A stretch of 64,000 nucleotides of DNA from Octopus sinensis. Taxonomy: Eukaryota. Shown in pieces: positions 12,686 to 26,200 of the stretch. A program made the position numbers and the translations under genes. Numbering within the stretch: position 1 is the stretch's first letter; each line of letters begins with the position of its first letter. The notes under the pieces were generated by a model. It ran no database searches and was not told the origin of the DNA. It worked only from the letters and a program-made list of their open reading frames with translations. The DNA lies in the NCBI RefSeq assembly GCF_006345805.1, contig NC_043003.1, positions 17,732,001-17,796,000 on the forward strand, given 5' to 3'.

Positions 12686-13462
12686 CCCCCACTATCGTTG
12701 TCATGGTCATCATCATCGTCGTGATCAGCATCAGCATCAGTGTCACCAATATTGTCATCATCGTCATTTTCGTCATTGTCATGTAACACCAATTTTTACG
12801 GCTGGATGCTCTTCCTGTTGTCAGTTGTTACCTATTTCCAGGCAAGGTAATATTTCCCCACAGCTAGACATGTTTTCACGAGAGACTGGAAATGAACAAG
12901 AAACCAATAGACTAAGTGGCACCAGTACCTGCCAGGAGAAGCCTGTTTGTGTGGAAGACAGCGATTTCACTTAGCTTGATGTGTCTTATCAAGTACAGCA
13001 AATTGCTACTTCTTCTGGTCCCTTCTCATCTCCTTAGTGAGGCCAAGTATCCAAAGATCCTTTCTCACCACATTGTCCCACATCTTCCTGGGTTTACCCT
13101 TTCCACTGGAACCCTCCACAATTAGAGCTCAGCACTTCTTTATACAGCTGTCCTACACATATATCTCTACAGATTATAGAATTTAGAACCAGCACTGAAA
13201 GTTACAATGTTTTGTACATGGATGTGTCTGTGTATACAATGCATATAAAGCAAAAAAAAAAAAGATAATGAGTGTATATACGCATTTCAAGAGTTATCGT
13301 TCCTTCTTCAGTATCACATCCAACCCAACAACTATCCCTGAATACATTACTTAAATAGTTACTAAATTTAACAGTGTAACACTATTGGCTTGACCAGCTT
13401 ATATATTAAGCACATTCCTGGCAACTGATATGTACTTATCAATTGCTGGAAGGGACACCATA

Positions 13463-13645
13463 GGGACACTAAGTATATTCAGCGTTTATAAGTCAATACT
13501 GGGTCTGAATTCTAAAGTAAATCTGTAGAGATACTTGTACAAGTGAAAGTGAGACACTGCTAACATAAAGTGGGAAACTATTGACTTACAAACCTTTAAT
13601 ATACTTGGTAGTATGTTACGGTTTCAAAATGAAATATAGTGTCCC
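13463..13645. mobile_element. Small degenerate MITE with TA duplication
   Basis: ta|gggacact...agtgtccc|ta. Inner inverted pair aagtatattcagcgtttataagtcaata / tattgacttacaaacctttaatatactt (4 mismatches in 28). Confidence 0.55.
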
Positions 13646-13742
13646 TATATATATATACATATACATATATACATACATACATTACATACATACATGCATA
13701 TGTTATATATATATATATATATAATATATATATTAATGTATG

Positions 13743-13782
<40 letters not shown>

Positions 13783-13787
13783 AATAT

Positions 13788-13836
<49 letters not shown>

Positions 13837-13920
13837 TTGTATATATATATGTATATATTGTATATATATATTTATATATACATATACATATATACATACA
13901 TACATTACATACATACATGC

Positions 13921-13970
<50 letters not shown>

Positions 13971-14138
13971 ATATATATATATATATATAGATATTATACA
14001 AATATATACATATAATATATATATAATATATATATATATAATATATGTATAATTGTTAGATATATGTATATTGTATATATATATTTATATATTACATATA
14101 CATATATACATACATACATTACATACATAATGCATATG

Positions 14139-14171
<33 letters not shown>

Positions 14172-14198
14172 GTATAATTATATATATATATAATATAT

Positions 14199-14232
<34 letters not shown>

Positions 14233-14235
14233 CAA

Positions 14236-14308
<73 letters not shown>
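13646..14308. repeat. Compound (TA)n/(TACA)n microsatellite with internal duplications
   Basis: Direct inspection. Confidence 0.95.
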
Positions 14309-14309
<1 letters not shown>

Positions 14310-16036
14310 ACGGGAAGCTTTATGAAAATAAACACAAAGACGAAGGCAGGTGGAAAAACACGAACAATTGTATTAGTATGGCGCTCAGGAAATATAAATA
14401 AAACAAGTCTTTAACGTTTCGAGCCTACGCTCTTCAACAGAAAGATACACAGAGAGAGAAAAACACAGAAAGAAGGAGAGAAAAAAAATGCGTGCAGTAG
14501 CTAACGAATCAACATGGCGATCTGATTTCGGCCAGAGGTCAAAGATCAAACATGAGACGCGAGAGCGAAATAAGGGGAGATAATAGGGTTGATAAATGGG
14601 TTGAGGGACCAGCTAAAAGTGCGTGGGAGGGGTCTGGATGTGTGTATGTATAGGGTTGGTGTATGTATTAGTATGTATAAGGGTGTGTGTGTGTGTGTGT
14701 GTGTGTGTATGAGAGAGTATTAGTGCGTAAGATTGGTCTGGACGTGCGTATGTATGGGGTTGGTGTATGTATTAGTATGTTATTAGTATGTATTAGTACG
14801 TATTGGTATGTATAGGTGTGTGTGTGTGTGGTGAGAGAGTATAAGTGCGTATGCGGGGTCTGGACGTGTGTATGTATAGGGTTGGTGTAAGTTATTAGTA
14901 TGTACTAGTATGTATTAGTCGTATTAGTATGTATTAGTTGGTGTGTGTATTAGTATGGCACATCATATGTGATGTGATGTGTAAAGTCATGTGGTGTAGT
15001 GAGGAGAAGAGGGGGACGGGGAAGAAGGGGGGAGGGGGAGAAGAGGGGGGGAGAAGGGGAGGGGAATAAGAGGGGAGGAGAGGATGGGGGAGAAGGAAGG
15101 GGATGAGGGGGAGAGAGAAGAAGGGAGAGAGGGAGTGAGGGAGCAGAGGGAAGGGGAAGAGGGAGGGAGAAAGAGGGAAGAAGGGAAGGGGAGTAGGGGT
15201 GAAAGGATGAAGGACTGAAGAAGTAGGGGTCGGGGGGAGAAAGGATAGGTGAGGAGGGGGGTGAGGTTAGATGAGTAGGGGGGGAGAGTTGAGACCAAAT
15301 GGCGTATAAGAGCGAAGAGAGAAGATTAATTCCTGTTCACGGCGCAAACGGGAATCCGGATGGCCTCTGTGTAAGGACAAACCGAACACAGATAGGTGTT
15401 GCAAGGAGTGACCGGTGGAGCGGAAATGGCGTGAGACCGGTGTGTCGTTCGCAAGGTGGATGTCACGAAGGTGTTCCGCGAACGGTCAGCCAAGCGGCGT
15501 CCCGTTGTCCGATGTACAAGGAATTGCAGAGAGAGCAAGAGATGCAATAGATATATTGCTGGAGGTGCAGGTGAAGGAGTGGATGATGGGATAGGGTCGA
15601 TGGTGGGTGCTAGTGAGGCGGGTGGTGTTGGAGAGGTAAGGGCAAGTGTGGCAACGGGGCGGGAGCAGGGGAACGAGCCGGGTTGGGAGGTAGGGTCAGG
15701 GAAGGAGCTATGGACCAAAAGGTCTCGAAGGTTGTGGGCTCGTTTGAAAGAGGGGAGGGGTCGGTTAGGGAAGAGGTGTGAAGTGGACGGGTCGGACTGG
15801 AGATGACGGAAAGCTCGAAGATGGTGCGTTGGAGACGTAGGGTCGTGGGGTGGTAAGTGAGGGGAAAAGGGAGGCGGGAGACTACAGGGCGGGTCGGGGA
15901 GAGAGAGGCAGATACACGGTCCACGGACCGTGCTGGCAAGGGCGGTGTGGATAGTGGTGAGGGGGTATCCACGTAGGGTGAAGTGGTGAGCCATACGTGA
16001 GACTGAGTCTCAAAGTCATGGTCGTCACTACAGAGC
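14309..16036 (-). mobile_element. 5'-truncated Penelope-like retroelement (RT C-terminus, Cys linker, GIY-YIG endonuclease, terminal repeat)
   Basis: Across frameshifts: RLCSDDHDFETQS / MAHHFTLRGYP / FPLTYHP / FKRAHNLRDLLVHS / FPCSRP-RCHTCPY / IYCISCSLCNSLYIGQ-TGRRLADR-FAEHLRDI / REQELIFSLRSYTPFGLN. Confidence 0.9.
14408..14445 (-). ncRNA. Minimal type-I hammerhead-like motif with variant core (CUGUUGA)
   Basis: UCUUU-CUGUUGA-A-GAGC-guag-GCUC-GAAA-CG-UU-AAAGA: perfect 5-bp stem I, 4-bp stem II and palindromic ACGU stem III. Confidence 0.6.
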
Positions 16037-16144
16037 CTAATATATATATTATATGTATAAATAATAATATTAGGGAATAAATCCAAATTTACAGGGAAAA
16101 AAAATCAGATTTAGGATTAAATCCAATTTTATAGTAAAATATTA

Positions 16145-16294
16145 TAAAATATTATTAGAGACAAAACACTATTTTGCAAAACAAACAAGGACAGACTTAA
16201 TCAATACATAAAATTTTATTAAAATTTTATGTATTGATTAAGTCTTTCCTTGTTTGTTTTGCAAAATAGTGGTTTTGTCTCTAATAATATTTTA
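16145..16294. repeat. Near-perfect 150-bp fold-back palindrome
   Basis: 74/75-bp arms centred on 16219, one mismatch and one indel. Confidence 0.95.
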
Positions 16295-16301
16295 ATATAT
16301 G

Positions 16302-16335
<34 letters not shown>

Positions 16336-16434
16336 CATGTATAAAATTTAGATTCAGATGAATATGGTACCTATGTTGAGGCACCAGAATTTAGTACGGT
16401 ATTATCCATACAATTTCAAAATTAGGTGATCAAA

Positions 16435-16650
16435 ATCAAAATAAGCAACAAGGATATCCAGAGGTAATGCAGTATGATTAGTATACTAATGTGTCCTTCT
16501 AATTTAATTAAATTCTATGTTTTTGCGCAGCTGAAGATTGCTCTACATTTTAAATTGATGTAATGAAATGATTGCATTATTCAATTAAATGGAGTTGCAT
16601 GAAACGATCATACTGCATTATCTCTGGATATCGTTGTTGCTTATTTTGAT
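16435..16650. repeat. 44-bp inverted repeat with 128-bp spacer
   Basis: 16435-16478 versus 16607-16650, two mismatches. Confidence 0.85.
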
Positions 16651-17604
16651 ATATATATGTATTGTTGTATTTTGTGATGATCATTTTTGAGGGTTTTTCT
16701 TTTAAAAGAAACCAGATTCAAACAGTGAAATATGCATACAGTAGACAAATATGCACATACCTATGATAAATATAAGAAGTAGAGATAGATAAAAAAGAAA
16801 AGCGAACCCATAGACACATACAAACAAGCATACAGTAACTTCATAGATGGCTGCAACAATATCAACAACACAACCAACAATGACAACAGCAACAGCGGTA
16901 ATAACAATGGCAACAACAACAACAACAATTACCATGATGGCAGCAGTGTGGGTGAACACACAAACACCGAGACATACAGGAACAGTACCAAAAGTCAGGT
17001 TCGAGGGCAACAGCAGTGGCAATAGGAGAAGTGACAGGGATGAAGGGAGGGTCATAGTGCTACTAAGAACAATAACACACACACACACACAGTACACATA
17101 CACACACCCACAAACACACAGATGCAAACATATGTACACATAAGGATACATGTCATAGAAGAACAGAATAGAATAAGCAGAACAAGAGCACACACAAAGA
17201 TGGAAAGCCTCACTAGTGAAGAACGAATATATAGTGCATGTGTTTATTAAGTATAAAAAAAAAGCAAAAAACAATTATCCCAAAATACGACAATATCTAG
17301 TTCAAGCCATGATTTTACATCAGGAATCTTGCAACACAAATTCATAAACGTATATATATATATATATATTCATATATCCACATACACAAATACATATATG
17401 AATACATACAAAATGTAAGAGATTGTTTGTAAGTTATTTAGTTACACACTTTTTACATGCGTTTCATTAACAAGCTGGTGTAACTAAATATCTTATAAAC
17501 AATCTCTTGAGCGTTCTTGTTTTCTGCTTACATCCTGTGTACCAGGACACCATAATGAAGTATACAATTACAGCACACAAATTGAAATGCACATGGAGTT
17601 CTTT

Positions 17605-17925
17605 TCTTTTTTTATTTTTCGCTCTTTTCAAGCCTAGCCAGGCTTATGGGCCCAGCTTCCCAGTTTCTGTGGTGTATGTCACCCCCTCCCCTGCTGGACG
17701 AGACGCCAGTCCATCGCAGCATTACTCAAGAAACAGGAAGGGAGAGTGAGAGAAAGCTGTGGCGAAAGAGTACAACAGGGGTCGACACCACCACCTGCCA
17801 GAGCCTCGTGGAGCTATAGGTGTTTTCACCCAATAAACACACACAACGCCCGGTCTGGGAATTGAAACGGCGATCCTCCAACCACGAGTCCACTGCCCTA
17901 ACCACTGGGCCATTGTGTCTCCACA
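17605..17925 (-). mobile_element. Family C SINE
   Basis: Reverse complement of the gtggag.cacaatggcccagtgg head and canonical tail. Confidence 0.9.
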
Positions 17926-17994
17926 AACATGGAGTTCTAACTGATGGTTATTTGTAATGCAGAGTATAGTTTTAAACTGCACTGGAAAAATACC

Positions 17995-18530
17995 TATATC
18001 GTTATCATCATCATTTAACATCCGTTGTCCATGCTGGCATGGGTTGGATGGTTTCACCAGAGCTGGCAAGCTGGGGAGCTGCACCAGACTCCAGTCTGAT
18101 TTAGCAGGGTTTCTACAGCAGGATGCCCTTCCAAACGCCAACCACTCTCCAGAGTGTGCTAGTTTTTTCATGTGGCACCACATGGGCGCTTTTACGTGGA
18201 ACTGCACAGGTGCTTTTACATGGTGCTTTTATGTGGCACCATCATGAGTGCTTTGCACCACCAGCAAGATTGGTGTTAACACTTCTGCAGCGGGATATGA
18301 GTCTTCTTGAGTATGCACAGTTGCATCTCAGTCCTTTGTCATCTCATCTGAAAGGTTCAGCGTCCTGAGGTCATTCTTCAGTACTTCATCCCATGTCTTC
18401 CTGGGTCTTCCTCTTCCACGTGTTTCATCCACATTGAGAGGTCGGCACTTCTTTATGGAGCTGTTGGCATCCTTCCACATCACATGACCAAACCAGCGCA
18501 GTCTACTCTCATGGTTGCACTGAATCATAA
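17995..18530 (-). mobile_element. RTE LINE 3' fragment
   Basis: ESRLRWFGHVMWKDANSSIKKCRPLNVDETRGRGRPRKTWDEVLKNDL, then 3' UTR and (GAT)n tail. Confidence 0.9.
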
Positions 18531-18559
18531 AATTGCACGGGATCTTTGCATTTCTATTT

Positions 18560-18591
18560 CTATTTCTATTTTATTATTATTATTATTATTA

Positions 18592-18630
<39 letters not shown>

Positions 18631-18835
18631 AATTATTATTATTATTATTATTTTTATTACTTTTTATGTTTGACTTTTGCTTTACATTTGTACAAGTTGG
18701 CTCTAAGTCTCACCCAGAAACCTCAAGAGACAACAAGCTGGAAGTTCATGTTGTTGTTGTTATTATTATTATTATTATTAATTATTAATATTATTATTAC
18801 TATTATTATTATCATCATTATTATCAATATTATTA
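18560..18835. repeat. (ATT)n microsatellites
   Basis: Direct inspection. Confidence 0.9.
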
Positions 18836-19335
18836 TAGCATGTAGCCTTGTGTCAATCTAAAACAAATATTCATACTAAAAGCAGTAGAAACGATCATAA
18901 CTGAAAGCAGATAAAAAACTGAATGCTTTATGTTTATTTACTATCTCTTACTGGCCTGCTTTCTAGTTACACAGTTTAATCCCATTCCAGGTGTGACCAA
19001 TGTAATTGTCTATATCTTGCTCTTATATAAAACTGGTGTTATTCATCTATAATGGCTATTGAATAAGAAATGTACAGATGTTATTTATAAGACATTGTTG
19101 ATTTACTGTTTAGCTCCAAGAAGGTATTAGTCCAGCAGACCTATGATTCAACACATTCCAGGCATGGCTGTCCTGTCTTATAGTCAGATAATGTATTCAG
19201 GAACGCTGGATATTATTCAGTTAAATTCATGTTAATATATGACTGGTTCTTTTTTCTTTTATGATCCAGTTTTGTCCAGTTTCAGCTAATCTATATTTAC
19301 ATATATAAATAATAAGTAATAAGTATAATGTTTCA

Positions 19336-19508
19336 GGCGTAGGAATGGCTGTGTGGTAAGTAGCTTGCTTACCAACCACATGGTTCTGGGTTCAGTCCCA
19401 CTGCATGTGACCTTGGGCAAGTGTCTTCTGCTATAGCCTTGGGCCTACAAAGGTCTTGTGAGTGGATTTGGTAGATGGAAACTGAAAGAAGCCTGTCGTA
19501 TATATGTG

Positions 19509-19545
<37 letters not shown>

Positions 19546-19760
19546 TTCTGTGTCTGTGTTTGTCCCCCTAACATTGCTTGACTACCAATGCTGGTGTGTT
19601 TACGTCCCAGTAACTTAGTGGTTTGGTAAAAGAGACCACTAGAATAAGTACTAGGCTTGCAAAGAATAAGTCCTGGGATTGATGTGCTCGACTAAAAGTG
19701 GTGCTCCAGCATGGCCACAGTCAAATGACTGAAACAAGTAAAAGAGTAAAAAAGAGAGTA
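19336..19760 (+). mobile_element. Family A SINE, full length
   Basis: ggcgtaggaatggctgtgtggtaag head through aagtaaaagagtaaaa tail. Confidence 0.9.
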
Positions 19761-20321
19761 ACTCTTGGTCAGATCACACTTATAATCAGGTTGCTCTTGG
19801 TGCTGTTAGTAACATGCGACCCAAAACAGCCAGTTACATTGTTGGGTCATTGGAACTAAGCTGGCAATCCTAATTAGCCTACACGGTAAGAAGGGTAGAT
19901 TTTGTTGCAAACCCTCCTGGAACAAAAACAGTAACAATAAAAGCAGACCCGGATAGCTGAAAGCTGTCAATCACAAACTCATGCACTAAGCAGCTCAATG
20001 TATGTAATTGTTATATGGCCTGTGAGCAGCCCTGTTGGTATAATAAGCCACAAAGAGTAGAGCTGCTAATCTGGTTATCTTCAGAGACATATAAGACGAA
20101 TGAAGAAGACTATTTCTCTCTTATTCATATGATATGTAATAAAGCTCAATTTATTCATTAAGAGATGAATCATATAATGAGTAAAGTGTGAAAATTAACT
20201 GAATTAGAATTTAATGAACAGAATGACACCAGCAAAAAATGAGGTTTCTTCAGATGAAAATAGCCAAATGTTTATAAGGTCTTACCTATATAATACAGGT
20301 ATAGTATGGATTTTCTTATTT

Positions 20322-20733
20322 CTTTATTGCCCACAAGGGGCTAAACACAAGAGGACAAACAAGGACAGACAAAGGGATTAAATCGATTATATCAACCCCA
20401 GTGCGTAACTGGTACTTATTTAATCAACCCCAAAAGGATGAAATGCAAAGTCGACCTCAGCGGAATTTGAACTCAGAATGTAGCAGCAGACGAAATATCT
20501 ATTTATTTACTACCCACAAGGGGCTAAACACAGCGGGAACAAACAAGGACTGACAAATGGATTAAGGCGATTATATCGACCCCAGTGCATAACTGGTACT
20601 TATTTAATCGACCCCAAAAGGATGAATGGCAAAGTCGACCTCGGTGGAATTTGAACTCAGAATGTAGCAGCAAACGAAATACCGCTAAGCATTTCACCTG
20701 GCGTGCTAACAACTCTGCCAGCTCACCGCCTTA
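20322..20733 (-). mobile_element. Family B SINE dimer (one head, two bodies)
   Basis: Junction at about 20498: gacgaaatatc|tatttatttact. Confidence 0.9.
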
Positions 20734-21618
20734 TAGTATGGATTTTCTGGTTTTCCAGAAAGTAAGTAGTGTACCTGTATCACAACGGTGGCCAAAGTGT
20801 TGCTTATGAGAGATACGAAGCTTTCAAATCAACTATTTGCAGCTCTTGAGATAATATTAGGCTTCAGGGCAGTTTTACCTAAAATGGCTCTAACATCCTA
20901 CCAGCTGGATTTTAAAGTATTAACTCAACAGAAACCTTCAATGAGCAGATATTTGCTCAAGGTGAAATGCTGTGGGACTGAACCTGAAACCACATGGTTT
21001 CTTATCACACAGCCACAGCTGCACTAATATTTTCTTATTAATGAATATAATTTATAAAAGGAATAAGTGTGCCCCAGCATGGTCACAGCATCAGGGCTGA
21101 AACATATAAAGAATAAGAGAATGTTGCAGTTCTTGAATATGAACATTGGAGTCTTCTTTACCAAACACCTTTGCCTTCCTTGTAATATAGGAAGTTGAAA
21201 AACTTTGGTTAAAAGTAATCATTCATACAACAAAGAGACAAGAACATCTGATAGTGTTTGTAATCTAGAAACAACAAACAAGGGAGATAAGTTCAATAAA
21301 ATCAACCATCTGAAATTTTTGGAAAATACAGACAATAGGAGCAAATTATATAGTGGCTGTGTAGTAAGTAGCTTACTTACCAACCACATGGTTCTGGGTT
21401 CATTCCCACTGCATGGCACCTAGGGCAAGTGTCTTCTACTATAGCCTCGGGCTTTGAATACTCTGCAAATATTCTTTTAAAAAACTTTTTTTTAAAATTT
21501 TTCCAAAATTTAATTGTTTTCCATACTTACAGTTGAAAAAGTCTCAATGACTGAAACCGGTACTGAAATGTCTTTTATAAAATTTTATCAACTAGTGTGT
21601 TCCTTTTCAACCTTCTTC

Positions 21619-21686
<68 letters not shown>

Positions 21687-21889
21687 CATGATGAGCTTTT
21701 TACAGTTTCTGTCTATTAAACCCCCTCACAAGGCTCTAATCAGTTGAGGTGCTATCCAGTGGGACTGAACCCAAGACCACGTGATTGGGAAGCAAGCTTC
21801 TTAACCACATGACCATGCTTTTACCTATAACCATCTCTTTAAGTCACTGCTTCTCAAACAATGCACCTCAGCTGTTTTTTTTTTCAAGG

Positions 21890-22240
21890 GTTATTTGGTA
21901 CATTGCTGGTTTTTGCTGGTGGCATGTAAGAAGCACCATCCGAACGTGGCTGATGCCAGCACCGCCTTGACTGACTTCCGTGCTGGTAGCACATAAAAGG
22001 CACCAACTGATCGTGGCTTTTGCCAGCCTCCCCTGGCCCCTGTGCTGGTTGCACGTAAAAAGCACCCACTACACTCACGGAGTGGTTGGCATTAGGAAGG
22101 GCATCAGGCTGTAGAAACACTGCCAGATCAGACTGGAGCCTGGTGCAGCCTCCTGGCTTCCCAGACCCCGGTCGAACCATCCAACCCATGCTAGCATTGG
22201 AAAACGGACGTTAAACGATGATGATGATGATGATGATGAA
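21890..22240 (+). mobile_element. RTE-tail element
   Basis: ggtggca.gtaa...gcacc subrepeats, then ccaacccatgctagc and (GAT)n. Confidence 0.85.
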
Positions 22241-22245
22241 TTTAA

Positions 22246-22458
22246 CCATTTAGAATTTAAACCAGCTATATCTGGCCCAAATGTTCTACCAGTTCTATGT
22301 TGAAACTGGCCAGATCTAACCTCTCGTGCCTTACCTATAATGTTATTCTAGAAATCAATAATCACATTATCGTAACCATTGAATTAATGCATGATTAACT
22401 CAAAATAATATGAATCAACAAGCATTACATTTGACAGAATAATTTGAATGTTAAAGGG
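22246..22458 (+). mobile_element. piggyBac-like MITE (TTAA-flanked)
   Basis: ttaa|ccatttag...gttaaaggg|ttat. Homologous copies at 54958-55173 and 58231-58443. Confidence 0.6.
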
Positions 22459-22529
22459 TTATGGCTTTAGGAGATCCATGCAAATGTTTGAACATCTTGA
22501 ATAAAAATTATTATTAATTTTGTCAAATG

Positions 22530-22940
<411 letters not shown>

Positions 22941-24184
22941 TTTCAAGTAGGAATATAACAAAAGATTTCCATTAAGATTTGTGATTAAACTAATGAGTAA
23001 GGTCAATATTTATAATGAATTTGCCATTTTCAGTGTATGTGCAACACACACCTAGCACACCTGTAATATATGCCCCTGCTTTTAATTTGGTACGAGTACA
23101 GGCAAGATCAGTTTTGGGATAGTTTTTACAGCTGGATGCCTTTCCAAATGCCAACCACTTCACAGTGTGGACTGGATGCTTTTTTACGTGACACCAGAGC
23201 TGATTAATAAAACAAGGTGAGCAAAATGTTTCAATATTTTGCCTAAATTTTCAACTTTGAAGTTTTTCAGCTTCTCAAGTTGAGTGCACCAGTAATTTTG
23301 CCTTACCATTTGAAGTGCACCAGTAAACTATTTTTGATTTCCAATGTTAACCTTCTATGCATCACAAAATCAAAAGGACTGTAAAACCACTGTTTTAAAT
23401 ACGTGTACATATTGTTGTATCACAGCTGGTTTTTGCTAATGTATAAATTATATCCAACAAATGTAATAAAAATGAATTGATTTAATAAATGCTATGAAAT
23501 CCTGCATTTTCTATTTATTAGTCACTGTCAACACAGTGCACGTAATCATTTTAGAATGTTCTAGACTAAGTGATAGCTGAGATAGTTTGGTTACAATTTG
23601 TCTGGAGTTGTTGTAGGTTTACAGTTGGAGAAACAACGACAAGGGAACTGCTGAACAGGAGATGTAATAACAGAGAAAAGAATGGGTTGTTTTTGTTTAA
23701 CCAGTTTCAAATGTGGAGGTGGGGACAGTTTGTCCCAGATGATGCTTTGATGGGAACATCACTTTTGGGTTACCATAATAGCCTGTATTGGACTGGGGCC
23801 TGTGGAGAGGGAGATGGAAAACTTAAGAGATGCCTTGGGTGGCACACACACTAGCTACAACATTGTTTTTAACCCTAGGCTGATCCTGATTAAACAGACC
23901 TATCATCAAAGGATCACACCTGTGACCAGTTGCCCTATTTTAGAGGTAAGGCTAGAGTATGCAATTTGAGGAAAGGCAGGTGCATAGACTGAAACACTTT
24001 ACTTTTTATCTTTTTGTCAGTATAGAAGGGCAGTGTCTATGAAGGGCTTATGAGACTGATAAGAGCAGGAGAGGAAAGTATCCTCAAACAGGGAGACCTG
24101 CCCTAGATGCTAGCACTAAAGGTACTTAAGGACCAGGTGACAGTGTTAAACCAGGTGATGAATTAAATCTGGCACTCCATTGGT

Positions 24185-24490
24185 TTGGAGGCGCAATGGC
24201 CCAGTGGTTAAGGCAGCAGACTTGTGGTCATAGGATCACGGTCTCGATTCCCAGACCGGGCGTTGTGTGTGTTTATTAAGCAAAAACACCTAAAGCTCCA
24301 TGAAGCTCCGGCAGGGGGTGGTGGCGACCCCTGTTGTACTCTTTTGCCCCAACTTTCTTTCACTCTTTCTTCCTGTTTCTTGAGTAATGCTGCGATGGAC
24401 TGGCATCTCGTCCAGCTGGGGGAACACATGCGCTACAGAAACTGGGAAACCGGGCCCATGAGCCTGGCTAGGCTTGAAAAGGGCACATAA
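24185..24490 (+). mobile_element. Family C SINE
   Basis: ggaggcgcaatggcccagtggttaagg head to ggcttgaaaagggc tail. Confidence 0.9.
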
Positions 24491-25354
24491 ATAAATAAAC
24501 TCCATTGGTTATAATGATAAAGGTTCCAGTTGATCCAGTCAATGGAACAGCCTGCAGGTGAAATTAATGTGTATGTGGCTGAGCACTCCACAGACACGTG
24601 TACCCCTAACGTAGTTCTCAGGGTGACTCAGGGTGACACAGAATGTAACAAAGCCAACCCTTAGAAATACAGGTGCAACTCATTTTTGCCAGCTGAAGAG
24701 ACTAGAGCAACATGAAATAAAGTGTCTTGCTCAAGGATATAACAAGTCATAGGGAATTGAACTCATGACCTTACAATCATGTGTCTGAAAGAAAGAAATT
24801 GGACAGTCATGGCTGGATCGCCTGGGATCAAAGGAGTCTAAATAAGTAGGACTGACTCTAGGTTAAACAACACTGACACAACACTGATAAAAATATTTAG
24901 AAATCTGCTTTGTATTGTGTGTCTGACCCAAAATTGTTATAAATATGGCCTTAGTTAATAATAGCTTCGTTTTGTTTCAGTAAATAGCTTTTAGTTTGCT
25001 TTTATAGAAAAAAAAAAAAGAAATAACAAACAAACAAGAAACAAATAAAGTGTTTTGTGTATTATTTGCTAACCTCACTAATAAACTGTGCTGCCATTAA
25101 TCGTGACAAGGAGTTGATGTGAGTTGACATGTTTCTTTGTATTATACAATAAAATGGGGAATGTGAAGAGTTGTTAAAGAAAATCAAACAGTAACACGGA
25201 TCCTCTTTAATTATCCTTTTTTTTCTGTTAATATTGAATTATAAAACTCAGTAAGGGTTTTGACAGGCTTTTTTTAATCTTTAACTTGTTTCAGTTATTG
25301 GACTGTAGCCATGCTGGGGCAACACCTTGAATGGTTTTGTTCCATGGTTCCCAA

Positions 25355-25590
25355 CCTATTTCTTTACTACCCACAAGGGGTTAAACACAGAGAGGACAAA
25401 CAAGGACAGGCAAATGAATTAAGTCGATTATATCGACCCCAGTGTGTAACTGGTACTTATTTAATCGACCCCGAAAAGATGAAAGGCAAAGTCGACCTCG
25501 GCGGAATTTGAACTCAGAACGTAGCGGCAGACAAAATACCACTAAGCATTTCGCCCGGCGTGCTAACGTTTCTGCCAGCTCACCGCCATT
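25355..25590 (-). mobile_element. Family B SINE, near consensus
   Basis: Intact CpGs, head gg cggtgagctggcagaaacg on the minus strand. Confidence 0.9.
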
Positions 25591-25779
25591 TATTGCTGGT
25601 AAACCTCTTTGTTTCCTATTTTACTGTACTGGACCCCCTTAGCCATTTGAGGTTTTAAAAAATCCCATTTATATTTTTATGATTCAATAAATAATGGTCG
25701 GATCGTCCAGCCCATGCTAGCATGGAGGGCAGACGTTAAATGATGATGATAATGACGATGATATATATATATATACACA

Positions 25780-26165
25780 CTGTGCTTGAGGAGACCTATT
25801 AAGTCAAGTACATCAACATCAAAAATCAAATGGAAACTGTAGTTGTGATACCTGTGCCGGTGGCACGTAAAATGCACCATCCGAATGTGGCCAATGCCAG
25901 CACAGCCTTGACTGGATTCTGTGCCGGTGGCACGTAAAAAGCACCAAACGATCATGGCCGTTGCCAGCCTTGCCTGGCACCTGTGCCGGTGGCATGTAAA
26001 AAGCACCCACTACACTCACGGAGTGGTTGGTGTTAGGAAGGGCATCCAGCTGTAGAAACTCTGCCAGGTCAGACTGGAGCCTGGTGCAGCCTCCTGGCTT
26101 CCCAGACCCCGGTCGAACCGTCCAACCCATGCTAGCATGGAAAACGGATGTTAAACGATGATGAT
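25780..26165 (+). mobile_element. RTE-tail element with three gtgccggtggca subrepeats
   Basis: Subrepeats at about 25853, 25921 and 25983; (GAT)n end. Confidence 0.85.
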
Positions 26166-26200
26166 GAATGTTATTAGGGGATTGTATTAAAATATGTATG

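Noticed and set aside
13639-14401. Tyr/Ile-rich ORFs (and similar ones at 7.9, 55.6 and 57.2 kb)
   Set aside because: (TA)n microsatellite translations.
14995-15295. Polypurine G-rich tract (G-quadruplex/triplex prone)
   Set aside because: Part of the Penelope-like 3' region; no independent evidence of function.
20745-20770. ttttccAG-AAA-GTAAGT 3-nt micro-exon
   Set aside because: Short pyrimidine tract directly after a SINE; a chance match is likely.
23570-23854. 94-aa ORF in non-repeat-looking DNA
   Set aside because: GTG start, no splice signals and no recognisable domain; probably chance or old transposon debris.
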